Shown here: one piece after another, positions 8,324 to 18,208 of the stretch
Layout of the letters: each line of letters starts with the position of its first letter
How positions within the stretch are numbered: the stretch's first letter is position 1
Position numbers and translations under genes: made by a program
The notes under the pieces: model-generated
The model's input: only the letters and a program-made list of their open reading frames with translations
What the model was told of the DNA's origin: nothing
Database searches by the model: none
NCBI GenBank assembly: GCA_038883335.1
Contig: JAVZMI010000007.1
Location: 3,278 to 67,277, forward strand
Source: Candidatus Bathyarchaeia archaeon
Lineage (GTDB): Archaea > Thermoproteota > Bathyarchaeia > Hecatellales > Hecatellaceae
DNA: 64,000 nt
Reading direction: 5' to 3'

Positions 8324-9356
8324 TGATCCTACCCGCTATAGCTGATGCAACTTCAAATGTTGAGGAGTTGCCGCCGAGGTCTGGAGTCATCACACCAGCG
8401 GCGAGCGTCTCCCTTACCGCCGACTCAACCCTCAAAGCGGCTTCAAGACACTTTTGGTCACTTTTACTCTCTCCAAGCCAGTCTAAGAGGAGAGCTGCAG
8501 CTAGGATCATGGAGCAAGGATTCGCCCGTTGCTTCCCAGCATGTTTAGGTGCTGATCCGTGTATGGGCTCAAAAATGGCGAAATCTCTGCCTATGTTGGC
8601 TCCTGGAGCCATACCCAAACCTCCCACTAGTTGAGCAGCCTCGTCGGAGAGTATGTCACCGAAGAGGTTCGGCATAACCATCACGTCGAACTCGTGGGGC
8701 CGCTTGATCAGATGCATCGCCGCGGCATCCACGTAAAGTTCGTCGTATGTGATTTGGGGGTAACGTGAAGCAACCTCTCTACAGACCTGTGAGAAGAGCC
8801 CGTCAGTAAGCTTGAGCACATTTGCCTTGTGAACTGCGGTTACCCTCTTCCTCCTCCTCCCAGCTAGTTTGAAGGCGAACTCGGCGATCCTGTGGGAGCC
8901 CTCCCTACTGATAACACGTAGGGCGGCGGCTGTATCCCTGTTGATCATGAACTCTATCCCCTTATAGAGGTCCTCGGTATTCTCTCTGACGATGACGAGG
9001 TCTATGTCAGGTCGCATTGCGGGGATATTCGGATATGCCTTGATGGGCCGCAGGTTGACATAGAGGTCGAACATTAACCTCAGCTTCACTATAACGTCGG
9101 CGGCTGTCTCTCCAACAGGCCCCTTCAGACAGGCTACAGAATCTTTGATTACTGCGAGCGTCTCCTCAGGCAGCGCTGAGCCTCGCCTCTTTAGGCAGTC
9201 ATCTCCAGCCTCAACCTTGACGATCTCGAAGTCGAGCCCAACAACCTTCTCTACAGCTTCCAGTACGGTTATGGTGGCTTGCGTCTGCTCCGGCCCTATT
9301 CCGTCACCCGGTATCACAGCTAACCTATATCTACCTATAGTTCTCACTCCCCGCAT
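8316..9356 (-). CDS. leuB: 3-isopropylmalate dehydrogenase
   Basis: It carries LAVIPGDGIGPE and the isocitrate/isopropylmalate dehydrogenase signature NLFGDILSDEAAQLVGGLGMAPGANIG. Confidence 0.85.
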   Translation of the reverse strand: MRGVRTIGRYRLAVIPGDGIGPEQTQATITVLEAVEKVVGLDFEIVKVEAGDDCLKRRGSALPEETLAVIKDSVACLKGPVGETAADVIVKLRLMFDLYVNLRPIKAYPNIPAMRPDIDLVIVRENTEDLYKGIEFMINRDTAAALRVISREGSHRIAEFAFKLAGRRRKRVTAVHKANVLKLTDGLFSQVCREVASRYPQITYDELYVDAAAMHLIKRPHEFDVMVMPNLFGDILSDEAAQLVGGLGMAPGANIGRDFAIFEPIHGSAPKHAGKQRANPCSMILAAALLLDWLGESKSDQKCLEAALRVESAVRETLAAGVMTPDLGGNSSTFEVASAIAGRISG

Positions 9357-9831
9357 TCACGTACCCTATGAGACCGCCATGCCTGAAGATGCTGAGTATA
9401 AACTTGGGTAGTGGTCGACTTTTGAAGGTCAGACCGCTGCTCAGGTTTTCTATTAAACCTCTCTCCAAGTCGACGAGCAGTCTGTCGCCCTCGTAAACCT
9501 TCTCGGCGACCTCTTTACACTCAATAATAGGTAACCCGATGTTCACAGCGTTACGGTAGAAGATCCTCGCGAAAGACTTGGCTATGATGCAACGCGTCCC
9601 AGCGTATTTAAGAGAGACTGGAGCATGCTCTCTGCTCGAGCCGCAACCGAAGTTCCTGCCAGCCACAAGAATCCCGTAGGACTTCACCTTCTCCGGGAAA
9701 TGTGGGTCTATACCAGACATGGCATATCTGGCTAAGTCCTCCGGATTTGTCAGCGTCATGTAGATGCCTGGGAAGATCAGGTCTGTGTTGATGTTATCTC
9801 CATACTTGAGAGCCTTGCCCTCAATTATCAC
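9331..9831 (-). CDS. leuD: 3-isopropylmalate dehydratase small subunit
   Basis: It belongs to the aconitase swivel-domain family. It overlaps leuB and lies directly downstream of leuC. Confidence 0.8.
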   Translation of the reverse strand: MIIEGKALKYGDNINTDLIFPGIYMTLTNPEDLARYAMSGIDPHFPEKVKSYGILVAGRNFGCGSSREHAPVSLKYAGTRCIIAKSFARIFYRNAVNIGLPIIECKEVAEKVYEGDRLLVDLERGLIENLSSGLTFKSRPLPKFILSIFRHGGLIGYVNAGSENYR

Positions 9832-11090
9832 TCGCCCATAACCTCCTTGGGGCTGGTTATACAGCCCTTTAACGCCGAAGCTGCGACAGTTGCTGGTGAG
9901 GCGAGGTATACCTCAGCCTTCGGGTTTCCCATCCGTCCTAGAAAGTTTCGGTTTGTGGAGCTGATGCAAACCTCCCCATCGGCTAGGATGCCTAGGTGGC
10001 TGCCCATACATGGCCCGCATGTTGGACCCCCAAAGTAGGCTCCTGCCTCTACGAAGATCTCAGCTAGCCCCTCCCTAACTGTCTCCTTGTAAATATCCTG
10101 TGAGGCTGGTATGACGATCATCCTCACGCCGGCTTTCACCCGCCTTCCCTTTAATATGTTTGCCGCCACTCTAAGGTCATCTAACCTTCCATTGGTGCAT
10201 GATCCTATGAACGCTTGGTCAATTCTGACACCCTCAACATCCTTAACAAGCTTGACATTGGCTACAGAGTGAGGGCATGCTACCTGAGGCTCTAAGTCTT
10301 CGACGCTGAAGTTCAACTCCTCCTCATAGTAGGCTCCAGGGTCACTGCTGACTGAGTTGATGGGGCCTGATAGTCTACCTTCTAGGTATTCTAAGGTCTT
10401 GTCGTCAGGTTCGATGATGCCAGTTTTGGCGCCAACTTCGACGACCATATTACTAAGTGTCATCCTGCCGTCGACGCTCATATCTCGGATGGTAGGCCCA
10501 GTGAACTCGATACCTTTATAGTTGGCGCCATCTTCACCGATGGTGCCAACTATACTCAGTATGAGATCCTTCGGGAACACATAACGCTTAAACCTCCCAG
10601 TAACGGTTACTTTAAGGGTTTCAGGAACTTTAAACCAGAGGCGGCCAGTCGCCATAGCTGCAGCTACATCGGTAGAGCCAACCCCGGTTGCGAAGGCGCC
10701 GAAGGCACCATAAGTGCAGGTGTGGGAGTCAGCGCCCACTATGACCTCGCCTGGAGCGACATAGCCTTTCTCAGGCATCACCTGGTGGCAGATGCCACCC
10801 CTACCTACGTCGTAGAAGTTGACTATGTTATAATCCTCCACGAATCTGCGGAGCCTCTTCTGAAGTGAAGATGACTGAGTAGTATTCGCTGGTACGTTGT
10901 GGTCAAAGATGACGACTACGCGGTTAACATCCCACACGCGCTGATCCTTGAGTTTGGAGAAAGCGTCAAGTGCAAGGGGGCCTGTTAGGTCATGAATCAT
11001 GACACGGTCTACTCTTGCCTCGATGAAATCTCCTGCCTCAACCGTCTCTTGGCCTGAGGCTCTTGCCAGAATCTTCTTTGTAAGATTCAT
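9828..11090 (-). CDS. leuC: 3-isopropylmalate dehydratase large subunit
   Basis: It is an aconitase-family catalytic domain with Fe-S ligand cysteines (GSCTNGR, GGPTCGPCMG). Confidence 0.85.
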   Translation of the reverse strand: MNLTKKILARASGQETVEAGDFIEARVDRVMIHDLTGPLALDAFSKLKDQRVWDVNRVVVIFDHNVPANTTQSSSLQKRLRRFVEDYNIVNFYDVGRGGICHQVMPEKGYVAPGEVIVGADSHTCTYGAFGAFATGVGSTDVAAAMATGRLWFKVPETLKVTVTGRFKRYVFPKDLILSIVGTIGEDGANYKGIEFTGPTIRDMSVDGRMTLSNMVVEVGAKTGIIEPDDKTLEYLEGRLSGPINSVSSDPGAYYEEELNFSVEDLEPQVACPHSVANVKLVKDVEGVRIDQAFIGSCTNGRLDDLRVAANILKGRRVKAGVRMIVIPASQDIYKETVREGLAEIFVEAGAYFGGPTCGPCMGSHLGILADGEVCISSTNRNFLGRMGNPKAEVYLASPATVAASALKGCITSPKEVMGE

Positions 11091-11126
11091 GGGTGGTCGC
11101 AGTTCTTCTACCCTCCAAGTTTGAGG

Positions 11127-12116
11127 TTACTTCCCTATCTTAGCCATCTCTCTTATGTAGGCACCAACCTTCTCCATCTGATGTTCATCAATTTCCTTCA
11201 GGAGGCGTTTCATATTTGGAGAACCATTCCTATACTCGGTGATCCACTCGCTGGAGAATGCTCCACTCTTTACAGCTCTAGCTGCCTTCCTCATAGCCTC
11301 CTTAACGTGGTCATCGATAACCTTAGGACCTACGGTTAGCCCCCCATATCTAGCAGTCTCCGAGACTCCTCGAAGCATCCCAGCGACTCCTCGCTCATAG
11401 ATTAAGTCCATTATCAGCTTCGCCTCGTTGCAAGCTTCAAAGTAGGCTAGCTCCATAGGGTAGCCTTCCTCCACCAGAACCTCAAACCCCTTCTTTAGAA
11501 GCTCCATAAGCCCTCCGACGAGAACTATCTGCTCCCCTATAAGGTCGCTCTCCGTCTCATCTTTGAAGGTGGTCTTAATTACGCCAACCCTCGTACAGCC
11601 TATAGCCTTAGCTACCTCCAAAGCGATGGTCTCAGCTTTGCCAGTGTAATCTTGGTGCACTGCAATCAATGCAGGGACACCGCGTCCCATCTGGTACATC
11701 TCCCTAACTAGTTTACCTGGGCCTTTCGGTGCTACCATGAACACATCAATATTTGGAGGGGGAATTATCTGCTTGTAATGAATGTTGAAGCCATGGGCGA
11801 AGCCCAATGCTTTCCCCTCGCTTAAGGCTGGCTCTATGCTTGTCTTGTAGACAGTTGGTTGAATCATATCCGGAACTAGCATCAGTATAATATCCGCACG
11901 TGTTGCAGCCTCACCATACGAGTATGCCCTGAAACCTTCCTCGGTTGCTAAACGTTTGGAGTCATCCTTCTCCCAGCATCCTATGACCACGTCGATCTTT
12001 GAATCCCGCAAGTTCTTAGCTTGGGCTACTCCTTGAATGCCGTAACCTATCACGGCAACAGTCTTACCACTCAAAATATTTGTGGTCACGTCCTCGTCGT
12101 AGTATATCTTCATCAT
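11127..12116 (-). CDS. ilvC: ketol-acid reductoisomerase
   Basis: It has an NADPH-binding N-terminus ([21 protein letters not shown]) and a class I KARI core. Confidence 0.85.
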   Translation of the reverse strand: MMKIYYDEDVTTNILSGKTVAVIGYGIQGVAQAKNLRDSKIDVVIGCWEKDDSKRLATEEGFRAYSYGEAATRADIILMLVPDMIQPTVYKTSIEPALSEGKALGFAHGFNIHYKQIIPPPNIDVFMVAPKGPGKLVREMYQMGRGVPALIAVHQDYTGKAETIALEVAKAIGCTRVGVIKTTFKDETESDLIGEQIVLVGGLMELLKKGFEVLVEEGYPMELAYFEACNEAKLIMDLIYERGVAGMLRGVSETARYGGLTVGPKVIDDHVKEAMRKAARAVKSGAFSSEWITEYRNGSPNMKRLLKEIDEHQMEKVGAYIREMAKIGK

Positions 12117-12123
12117 ACGAAAC

Positions 12124-12621
12124 TCACCCCTTTATCGACTTAGACCCCCTCGCCAAGGCGGAGAGCCCAGTTCGGGCAATCTCTTTTATCCCGTATGGTT
12201 TCACCAAGTTTAGGAAAGCATCGATCTTTTCAGGATCACCCGTTATCTCTACTATTAGAGAGTCAGAAGAGGCGTCAACAATTCTCGCACGGAAGATTTC
12301 AGCGAAGTCCATGACGTCACTTCTAGCCTTACTCTCGCTGGCATGAACCTTTACTAGAGCTAGCTCCCTTAAGACGGATTCCGCTGGGTTGAGGCGTACT
12401 ATCTTGACTACCTCTAACAATTTACGGAGCTGCTTCACCACCTGTTCAATTATCTTCTCGTCCCCATTAATGACGATAGTCATCCGCGAGATGCTGTGCT
12501 GGTCTACTGGACCAACCGAGATGCTGTCTATGTTGAAACCTCGCCGTCTAATCAGGTTTGTCACCTTGAAGAGAACCCCAGGTCTGTCCTCAACTAAAGC
12601 TGCCACTATGTATTTCTCCAT
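12124..12621 (-). CDS. ilvN: acetolactate synthase small (regulatory) subunit, ACT domain
   Basis: The N-terminal ACT domain ([33 protein letters not shown]) is followed by a C-terminal ALS_ss_C domain. It is the first gene of the ilv-leu operon, and no ilvB lies upstream. Confidence 0.8.
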   Translation of the reverse strand: MEKYIVAALVEDRPGVLFKVTNLIRRRGFNIDSISVGPVDQHSISRMTIVINGDEKIIEQVVKQLRKLLEVVKIVRLNPAESVLRELALVKVHASESKARSDVMDFAEIFRARIVDASSDSLIVEITGDPEKIDAFLNLVKPYGIKEIARTGLSALARGSKSIKG

Positions 12622-12654
12622 ACTCGATTCTACTCCTCAACCCTTCCCCAGCAT

Positions 12655-12672
12655 TGTTGTTTTTTAACCCTC
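12655..12672 (-). promoter_or_regulatory. candidate BRE/TATA promoter of the ilvN-ilvC-leuCDBA operon
   Basis: The minus strand reads GAGGGTTAAAAAACAACAATG about 40 nt upstream of the ilvN ATG. It is A/T-rich and TATA-like at the expected distance. This is a sequence inspection only. Confidence 0.25.
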
Positions 12673-13018
12673 CCCGCCATGACGGTGGAGGTGATACCCA
12701 GTAAAGGGTATCAAGATACCTATTACGTTAGGTGCTTCACTCTTTAAAGCTTCGGCTATGACCAATTTAGACTTTTCAACTCTACAGCGGATCTCTTTTC
12801 TTTCCGAAAAAGGAAGTATACCCCTGACCAAGCCATTTGAGAAGTATATGGTAGGGATGTAGCTATAGTCCTTGAAGAACCATATCCCTCACATTTCCTT
12901 CAGCGAAGGTTAGAAAAAAGTATTGCTATAAAAACCTTTTTAGAGAAACATTAGGCACAGCTCAAGATAAGAGTTCTAATTAAATACAGCCTAAAACTCC
13001 AGTGAATCTCGAACACAT

Positions 13019-14299
13019 TTAACCTTTCCCATATCGAAGAATCGCGGCGATACCTCCAAAACTCTTGTGTAACATCTCTCCCTCTTCATGTGCATGAGAG
13101 ATCATCTCTACCCTCGCGTTGGAGGCTAAGGCCAACTCACTCAACTCGTCGATGAGATCACGTTCCTCTTCCACGATGAGACCTAAGCTGTTGCATTTTG
13201 GGCAAACTCTAGTTGCTACATCACCTTTGAAAGCCATCAGCTCGTTACTCTTTACTGTGGAATGCTCTGAGTAACCGCAGTTGCTGCAGCTCACCGTAAC
13301 TTTAACAACATCAACTTCTTCGGATAGAAGAAGTATTCGAACTGAACCCTCCTTTAGAAGCTGCCTGACCCGTTCCTCTCCATACGCAGCAAGTCCAGTA
13401 TCATGACCTAGCTCACGGAGGAACTGTTGAACGAGGTTACGCTCCTCCACATACCTAGTTCCTCTGAGGATTTCCGGCGCCTTAGAGACTATCTCCTTAA
13501 TGCCCTGCTCATCCACATAGGCTGTATCCACCACCGCTAAGATCTTACTCTTCAGACTATAATGGAGGTAGTCGCCAGCTAGGAATTCCTCCTTCGTAGG
13601 GCCAGGGCCTCCGACGATTATCCCTTTAAGATCTGGAAGGTTAAGAAATATCTGAGAAGCGTAGTTGGCTACCCGTTTATAGTACTCATTAACCTCAACT
13701 TCACGGAGACGCTCAAACCGTCTGGCTGATTGCCCCCCAGCTCTATGTTTGCTGGAGATGCCTGAGGTTATAGACTTGACTACTTCCAATCTTTTGCCTT
13801 TCAAGGTTGCGAAGCTCGCCCCGCTGCCGTCTAGGACGAGTATCCCGTAAGACTCTCTCTCCCTAATCATCTCAAATAGGGGTTCCAAGTGAAATAGAGA
13901 GTCGCACCTGTAAAGGTATGTGTTAATTGGCTCAGGAGGTATTATAGTGTAGATTTCCATCTTCTCAGAGCCAGGAGGGCCATAGGGGATAGCCCCACAG
14001 AAAATCGCGAGACCGGTGGGGGGTGGCTCTTTATACAGCTTTAAACGTTGCATGACCTTCTCTATAGCATCCTGTACATAGTGTCTAGTTGTCCTAGATT
14101 TAATGTTGGAGGCTGTGCCGTATTCCTGCCGCAGATTGTTCATTACGTCACTGATCTGTCGGCCTGGAGGGATTAGGAGTGTTATGAGCTCGGTGTGGCG
14201 ACCTTGCTTGGAGGCGAGCTCTTCTAACAGTCTCTTAAACCGGAAGACTTCTAGGGAACTTTTTGGAGCCTCTGCGTTCCCGAATCCTTGGCTTTCCAT
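13019..14299 (-). CDS. prf1: peptide chain release factor aRF1
   Basis: It has the NIKS-like NIKSRTTR, the GGQ motif (HRAGGQSARRFERL) and eRF1 domains 1-3. The likely start is the Met of MESQGFGN; the longer track ORF is an N-terminal over-extension. Domain 3 carries a CxxC...CxxC mini zinc ribbon. Confidence 0.85.
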   Translation of the reverse strand: MESQGFGNAEAPKSSLEVFRFKRLLEELASKQGRHTELITLLIPPGRQISDVMNNLRQEYGTASNIKSRTTRHYVQDAIEKVMQRLKLYKEPPPTGLAIFCGAIPYGPPGSEKMEIYTIIPPEPINTYLYRCDSLFHLEPLFEMIRERESYGILVLDGSGASFATLKGKRLEVVKSITSGISSKHRAGGQSARRFERLREVEVNEYYKRVANYASQIFLNLPDLKGIIVGGPGPTKEEFLAGDYLHYSLKSKILAVVDTAYVDEQGIKEIVSKAPEILRGTRYVEERNLVQQFLRELGHDTGLAAYGEERVRQLLKEGSVRILLLSEEVDVVKVTVSCSNCGYSEHSTVKSNELMAFKGDVATRVCPKCNSLGLIVEEERDLIDELSELALASNARVEMISHAHEEGEMLHKSFGGIAAILRYGKG

Positions 14300-14367
14300 A
14301 TTGTGCACCACGAATCTCCACTCTGACACTATGTGGAGTTGCTGTCTTTGACAATTCACCAGCCATA

Positions 14368-14649
14368 TTAGAGAGTTTTAATTTTTCCGTAAAAATCCAG
14401 GAGTGTCTTCACCTTTTCATTTTCAATGTTTAAAGCAAGAACCTTCATCTGCCCCGAAATCTGCTCGAATGCTATAATCCCCTCCTTGATTAAGGGCTCA
14501 GTCAACCTAGCAACCGTGGAAGGGGAGCAGTCGAGCAACCTCGCTAAACCAGCCTGGTTGAAGACGCGATTAGGAGTTTCCAGTAGATATTTTAGAAGAC
14601 GAGTTTGCATCCTGCTGCCGAATAGTACCTCCAAGTCCATCGCCAACAC
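14368..14649 (-). CDS. winged-helix DNA-binding protein (MarR/ArsR-like)
   Basis: The 93 aa ORF has an HTH segment (FNQAGLARLLDCSPSTVARLTEPLIKEGII). It lies directly downstream of pyrH and is contiguous with it. Confidence 0.5.
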   Translation of the reverse strand: MLAMDLEVLFGSRMQTRLLKYLLETPNRVFNQAGLARLLDCSPSTVARLTEPLIKEGIIAFEQISGQMKVLALNIENEKVKTLLDFYGKIKTL

Positions 14650-15351
14650 CTAGATACGGCTGTTTGGAGTGTCTCTATGGGTTAAGATTTGAGTTCCTAT
14701 TCTCCTACCCTCTACTACGCGTCGAGCATTAAGTGGATCTAGACCGTTTATAAAGTATGTGGGGATCCTAGATCTTTCCACAACCTTTACAGCTATTGGG
14801 TCGAGCGCATAAGTTCCAGCCCAGCACCTCCCCGCCAAAGCCATCTCTAGCACCTCTCTAGTGGTTACCTCGTCCAGTTTTTTGGCGCTTCGATCAACTT
14901 TCGGGTCGGCCGTGTATATGCCGTCTACATCGCTCGATATTATGTAAATGTCAGATCTAGTAGCCTCCGCCACTAACGCCCCAACCGCTGTCGTAGAATG
15001 CCCTGGCGATAACCCTCCCACCACAACAACCTTTCCTGAAGAATGGAATCTTCTAACCTCATTTAGTGTGGTTGGAACTTCTGGGTAGGCTTGCGCCCCT
15101 AGCTTTGAGACTAAGAGAAGGGCGTTCAACCGTGAGATTTCAATCCCTATTTGATCGCAGGTAGCCTCATCTGCACCAGTCATTCTCGCGGCGGCGATAT
15201 ACTTCCTCGCAGCTTCACCACCACCCGCAACAGCAAGCACAGAGTGACCCTCTTCCACCAAGCCTGTTATAACCTCAGCGTAAGCGTTTACCATTTCAAT
15301 GACTGGTGGAAATGGGAAAACATGCCCTCCTATCTTTAGAGTGACCTTCAA
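14650..15351 (-). CDS. pyrH: uridylate (UMP) kinase
   Basis: It belongs to the amino-acid kinase family (VTLKIGGHVF, VAGGGEAARKY, VVVVGGLSPGHSTTAVGALVAE). The ~230 aa size is typical of archaeal UMP kinase. Confidence 0.8.
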   Translation of the reverse strand: MKVTLKIGGHVFPFPPVIEMVNAYAEVITGLVEEGHSVLAVAGGGEAARKYIAAARMTGADEATCDQIGIEISRLNALLLVSKLGAQAYPEVPTTLNEVRRFHSSGKVVVVGGLSPGHSTTAVGALVAEATRSDIYIISSDVDGIYTADPKVDRSAKKLDEVTTREVLEMALAGRCWAGTYALDPIAVKVVERSRIPTYFINGLDPLNARRVVEGRRIGTQILTHRDTPNSRI

Positions 15352-15538
15352 CTTACCCCCACCAAGATTCGCCCATTTTTATATTATCCTCTACTCTTTA
15401 TATTAATTGGATCGATTTGGAAAATTTGCCGGAGAGATACAATCTACACGTTCGAACATTTTTTATAGAGCTTCACCGCTAGTTTAACGTGAAGGCAACT
15501 GAGAGACACACCCGCCCACGCAAAGAAGGTAGTCTTAT

Positions 15539-15943
15539 TTGAAATGCAATGACAGCGACTGTGTCTGTAAAGGCTCGGGTGATCTTATATGGGTGATCGA
15601 CCTAAACAGGTGGAGTCATCAACTTCTCTGCAATAAAGGCGGCCTTATCTTCCTAGAATTAGAGGGCGATATTGAGGTCTATGACTATGTAGGGGATAAC
15701 CCGGGGCTTAAGGGTAACCCCGTCATATGCGCGCCACCAATCCCAACCATGGAAGACTATATGAGGTGCACTATGTGCAACCGGTTAACATTAAGGACTG
15801 GCCACCGCCAGATATTCTGCCCGACATGTGCGGCGATCCACCGAAGACTCCAGAAGAGGGAATGGATAAGGCGAAGACGGGAAGGAGAAGCGGCAACCCT
15901 CCACCATAAAAATGGTCAAGATTCAAATTCTGAGCGCCAATAA
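15539..15943 (+). CDS. hypothetical Cys-rich protein; the C-terminal ~60 aa resemble a small zinc ribbon
   Basis: The ORF contains CTMCN...CPTC. No family was recognised, and the true start may be an internal Met (MEDYMRCTMCN). Confidence 0.3.
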   Translation: MKCNDSDCVCKGSGDLIWVIDLNRWSHQLLCNKGGLIFLELEGDIEVYDYVGDNPGLKGNPVICAPPIPTMEDYMRCTMCNRLTLRTGHRQIFCPTCAAIHRRLQKREWIRRRREGEAATLHHKNGQDSNSERQ

Positions 15944-16330
15944 AGCCTATAGCGTCTCTACTATTTTAATACTTTTTAAAATGTCTACAAAGCGTCCATA
16001 AACGAAAAGAGGCTATTAACCCTCCCCTAAGCCCTCACCGCCCAAAGATCTAGCTAATTGACAAGTGAGCTTACATGCAGATATCTCCCAGTCTTCATTT
16101 CCTGATCTTTTACACTTAACTCTACACAGGTTCTAAAGAGCTGCAGGATATTTTACCGATAAATTCCCCACATCAACCCACATAATCGCCACAACACACA
16201 TGAAGCCACTAACCAAAATGGCAGATTTACTACGGAGGAGAGCTAATACGGCGGGTAGGGGTTGAGGTGTAACCCACGCGGAGTAGAGAACTGGGAAAGC
16301 TTAAATTCTCGCCTTTTGTTAGGTTGTTGG

Positions 16331-16415
16331 GCGGCGATAGCCAAGCCAGGTCAAAGGCGGGAGACTCAAGATCTCCTCCCATAGGGGTTCGCCGGTTCAA
16401 ATCCGGCTCGCCATC
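16331..16415 (+). tRNA. tRNA-Leu (anticodon CAA), class II with a long variable arm
   Basis: It has acceptor GCGGCGA/TCGCCAT, D-arm GCC-AAGCCAGGTCAAA-GGC, anticodon arm GGAGA-CTCAAGA-TCTCC, variable arm TCCCATAGGGGTTC and T-arm GCCGG-TTCAAAT-CCGGC. The acceptor stem has G1.U72 and a C2.A71 mismatch, and the discriminator is C rather than the usual A. Confidence 0.7.
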
Positions 16416-16630
16416 CCCACCGCAAACCGGAAGGGACGAGAAGCACCACTCCGCCGCCCACATACCAAGATCCCTCAAAACTGCAATTCTGAACCAACGC
16501 TTCCTTGAACTTAACAATTTAGCGTGGTGTACACCCCAAATTGGCTGCGGCCTAACGAGACTATTCAGATTAGCTTATCTCTCCCCAATAACGTCATAGA
16601 TGACAATAATGACCGCGGTGCAAGGTAGCG

Positions 16631-18208
16631 GTGGGGCTAATGGAACGACTTGAACATAACGGCATACTGATCCCCAAGTATGAGGCGAAGGGCTTCCACA
16701 TATTTTTGAAGGGGAAGAAGATAGATCTCACATCTGACCAGGAAGAGATGGCGGTAGCGTGGGTTAAGAAGCTCGACACCATTTATGCCCGCGATAGACG
16801 CTTCGTATCCAATTTCTTCGGTGACTTTTGCAGAGCACTGGGGTTAAAAGAGAAGGTTAAACCTGAAGACTTCGACTTCTCCGAGATCAAACGCTACCTG
16901 GATGAGGAGCGGGAACGGAAGTTGAAACTCACACCTGAGGAGAAGAAGACTCAGGCACAAGCTAGGAAGACGCAGAAAGAGGCCAATAAAGAAAAGTATG
17001 GTTACGCTATCGTTGACGGTGCCCGGGTTGAGTTGGCAAACTATATGGCTGAACCCTCATGCATCTTCATGGGGAGGGGGAAACACCCCCTAAGAGGTAG
17101 GTGGAAGAGAGGGCCATCTGAGAGAGATATAATTCTGAACCTCTCTCCGGATGCACCCATGCCACCGGGAGAATGGAAGGAACGGGTCTGGGAGCCTAAC
17201 TTCATGTGGATAGCTAAATGGACTGATAATCTCAGCGGTAAGGAGAAGTATGTCTGGCTAGCTGACTCTTCCCACCTCAAGCAGGCGAGGGAGATAGAGA
17301 AGTTCAATAAAGCTAGAGAACTTGAGGGGAATATCAACGCCCTACGCGAGTACATCTGGAGAAATCTCAACTCGGAGGATCTAAAACGGCGTAAAGCAGC
17401 TACAGTATGCTACCTGATTGACGAGTTGAAACTAAGAGTTGGGGACGAGAAAGATAAAGATGAAGCTGACACGGTTGGTGCCACAACTCTGAGACCTGAG
17501 CACATCCATTTCGAATCCAATGGGACCGTTAACTTCGACTTTCTAGGTAAGGACTCGGTCAGGTGGTGTAGGTCGGTCAGTTTACCCACCCCCGTCATAG
17601 AGAATTTGAAAGAGTTCAGCTCCACTGCCAAATCTTCGATATTCGCTGGCATCAATTCGAAGGTTATCTCCAGCTTTCTTGGGGAGGTTATGCCCGGACT
17701 GACTGCCAAGGTATTCAGGACATATCACGCCTCCAAGATAGTGGAAGAGTACCTTAAAACGTCGAAGGTATCTTGGGCAGACCCTGACTACTGCAAAAAA
17801 TACGTCGCCACTATGGCCAACCTCCAAGCAGCCATCAGCTGCAACCACAAACGTAAACTACCAAAGAACTGGCGTAGCTCCCTGGCTAAACAGAAAGAGC
17901 GGCTGCGGAGGTTGAGGGTGCAGAAGAAGCGGACTGCGAAGGCTAAGGAGCGCCTTGAGGCGTTGCGTATAAAGATCAAGACTATGGAGGCAACTCGTGA
18001 CTATAACCTCCGGACATCCCTAAAGAGCTACATAGACCCCCGCGTCTATTACACTTGGGGGAAAGAGGTCAATTACGACTGGAAACAGTATTACCCTAAA
18101 GTTCTTCAGCGTAAATTCTCTTGGGTTGAAGGGACAGCAGCCCCCCTAAGTGCGGGTGGAGACGTAGATAAACTTACAGTAACCTCTTCTCCCCCTCGAT
18201 CTTTTTGA
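16631..18208 (+). CDS. eukaryotic-type DNA topoisomerase IB
   Basis: It has the Topo IB catalytic-core motifs: RTYHASKIVEEYL (compare human RTYNASITLQ) and the active-site tyrosine region TSLKSYIDPRVYYTWGKEVNYD (compare human SKLNYLDPRITVAWCKK). Confidence 0.8.
   Translation: MGLMERLEHNGILIPKYEAKGFHIFLKGKKIDLTSDQEEMAVAWVKKLDTIYARDRRFVSNFFGDFCRALGLKEKVKPEDFDFSEIKRYLDEERERKLKLTPEEKKTQAQARKTQKEANKEKYGYAIVDGARVELANYMAEPSCIFMGRGKHPLRGRWKRGPSERDIILNLSPDAPMPPGEWKERVWEPNFMWIAKWTDNLSGKEKYVWLADSSHLKQAREIEKFNKARELEGNINALREYIWRNLNSEDLKRRKAATVCYLIDELKLRVGDEKDKDEADTVGATTLRPEHIHFESNGTVNFDFLGKDSVRWCRSVSLPTPVIENLKEFSSTAKSSIFAGINSKVISSFLGEVMPGLTAKVFRTYHASKIVEEYLKTSKVSWADPDYCKKYVATMANLQAAISCNHKRKLPKNWRSSLAKQKERLRRLRVQKKRTAKAKERLEALRIKIKTMEATRDYNLRTSLKSYIDPRVYYTWGKEVNYDWKQYYPKVLQRKFSWVEGTAAPLSAGGDVDKLTVTSSPPRSF

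Noticed and set aside
13019-13250. CxxC…CxxC mini zinc ribbon in the C-terminal domain of aRF1 as a possible novelty
   Set aside because: I believe small Zn-binding insertions in aRF1 domain 3 occur in several archaeal lineages, so it is not unusual enough to flag.
14299-14359. N-terminal 20-codon extension of the aRF1 ORF and the ~29-codon extension of TFB (42248..42334)
   Set aside because: The conserved protein N-termini begin at internal Met codons. The TFB extension would overlap gar1. Both were treated as ORF-caller over-extension.
16230-16599. Track ORFs 16230..16517 (-) and 16324..16599 (+)
   Set aside because: Both overlap the tRNA-Leu gene and its flanks. They are G/P/R-rich translations of tRNA-like sequence and are spurious.
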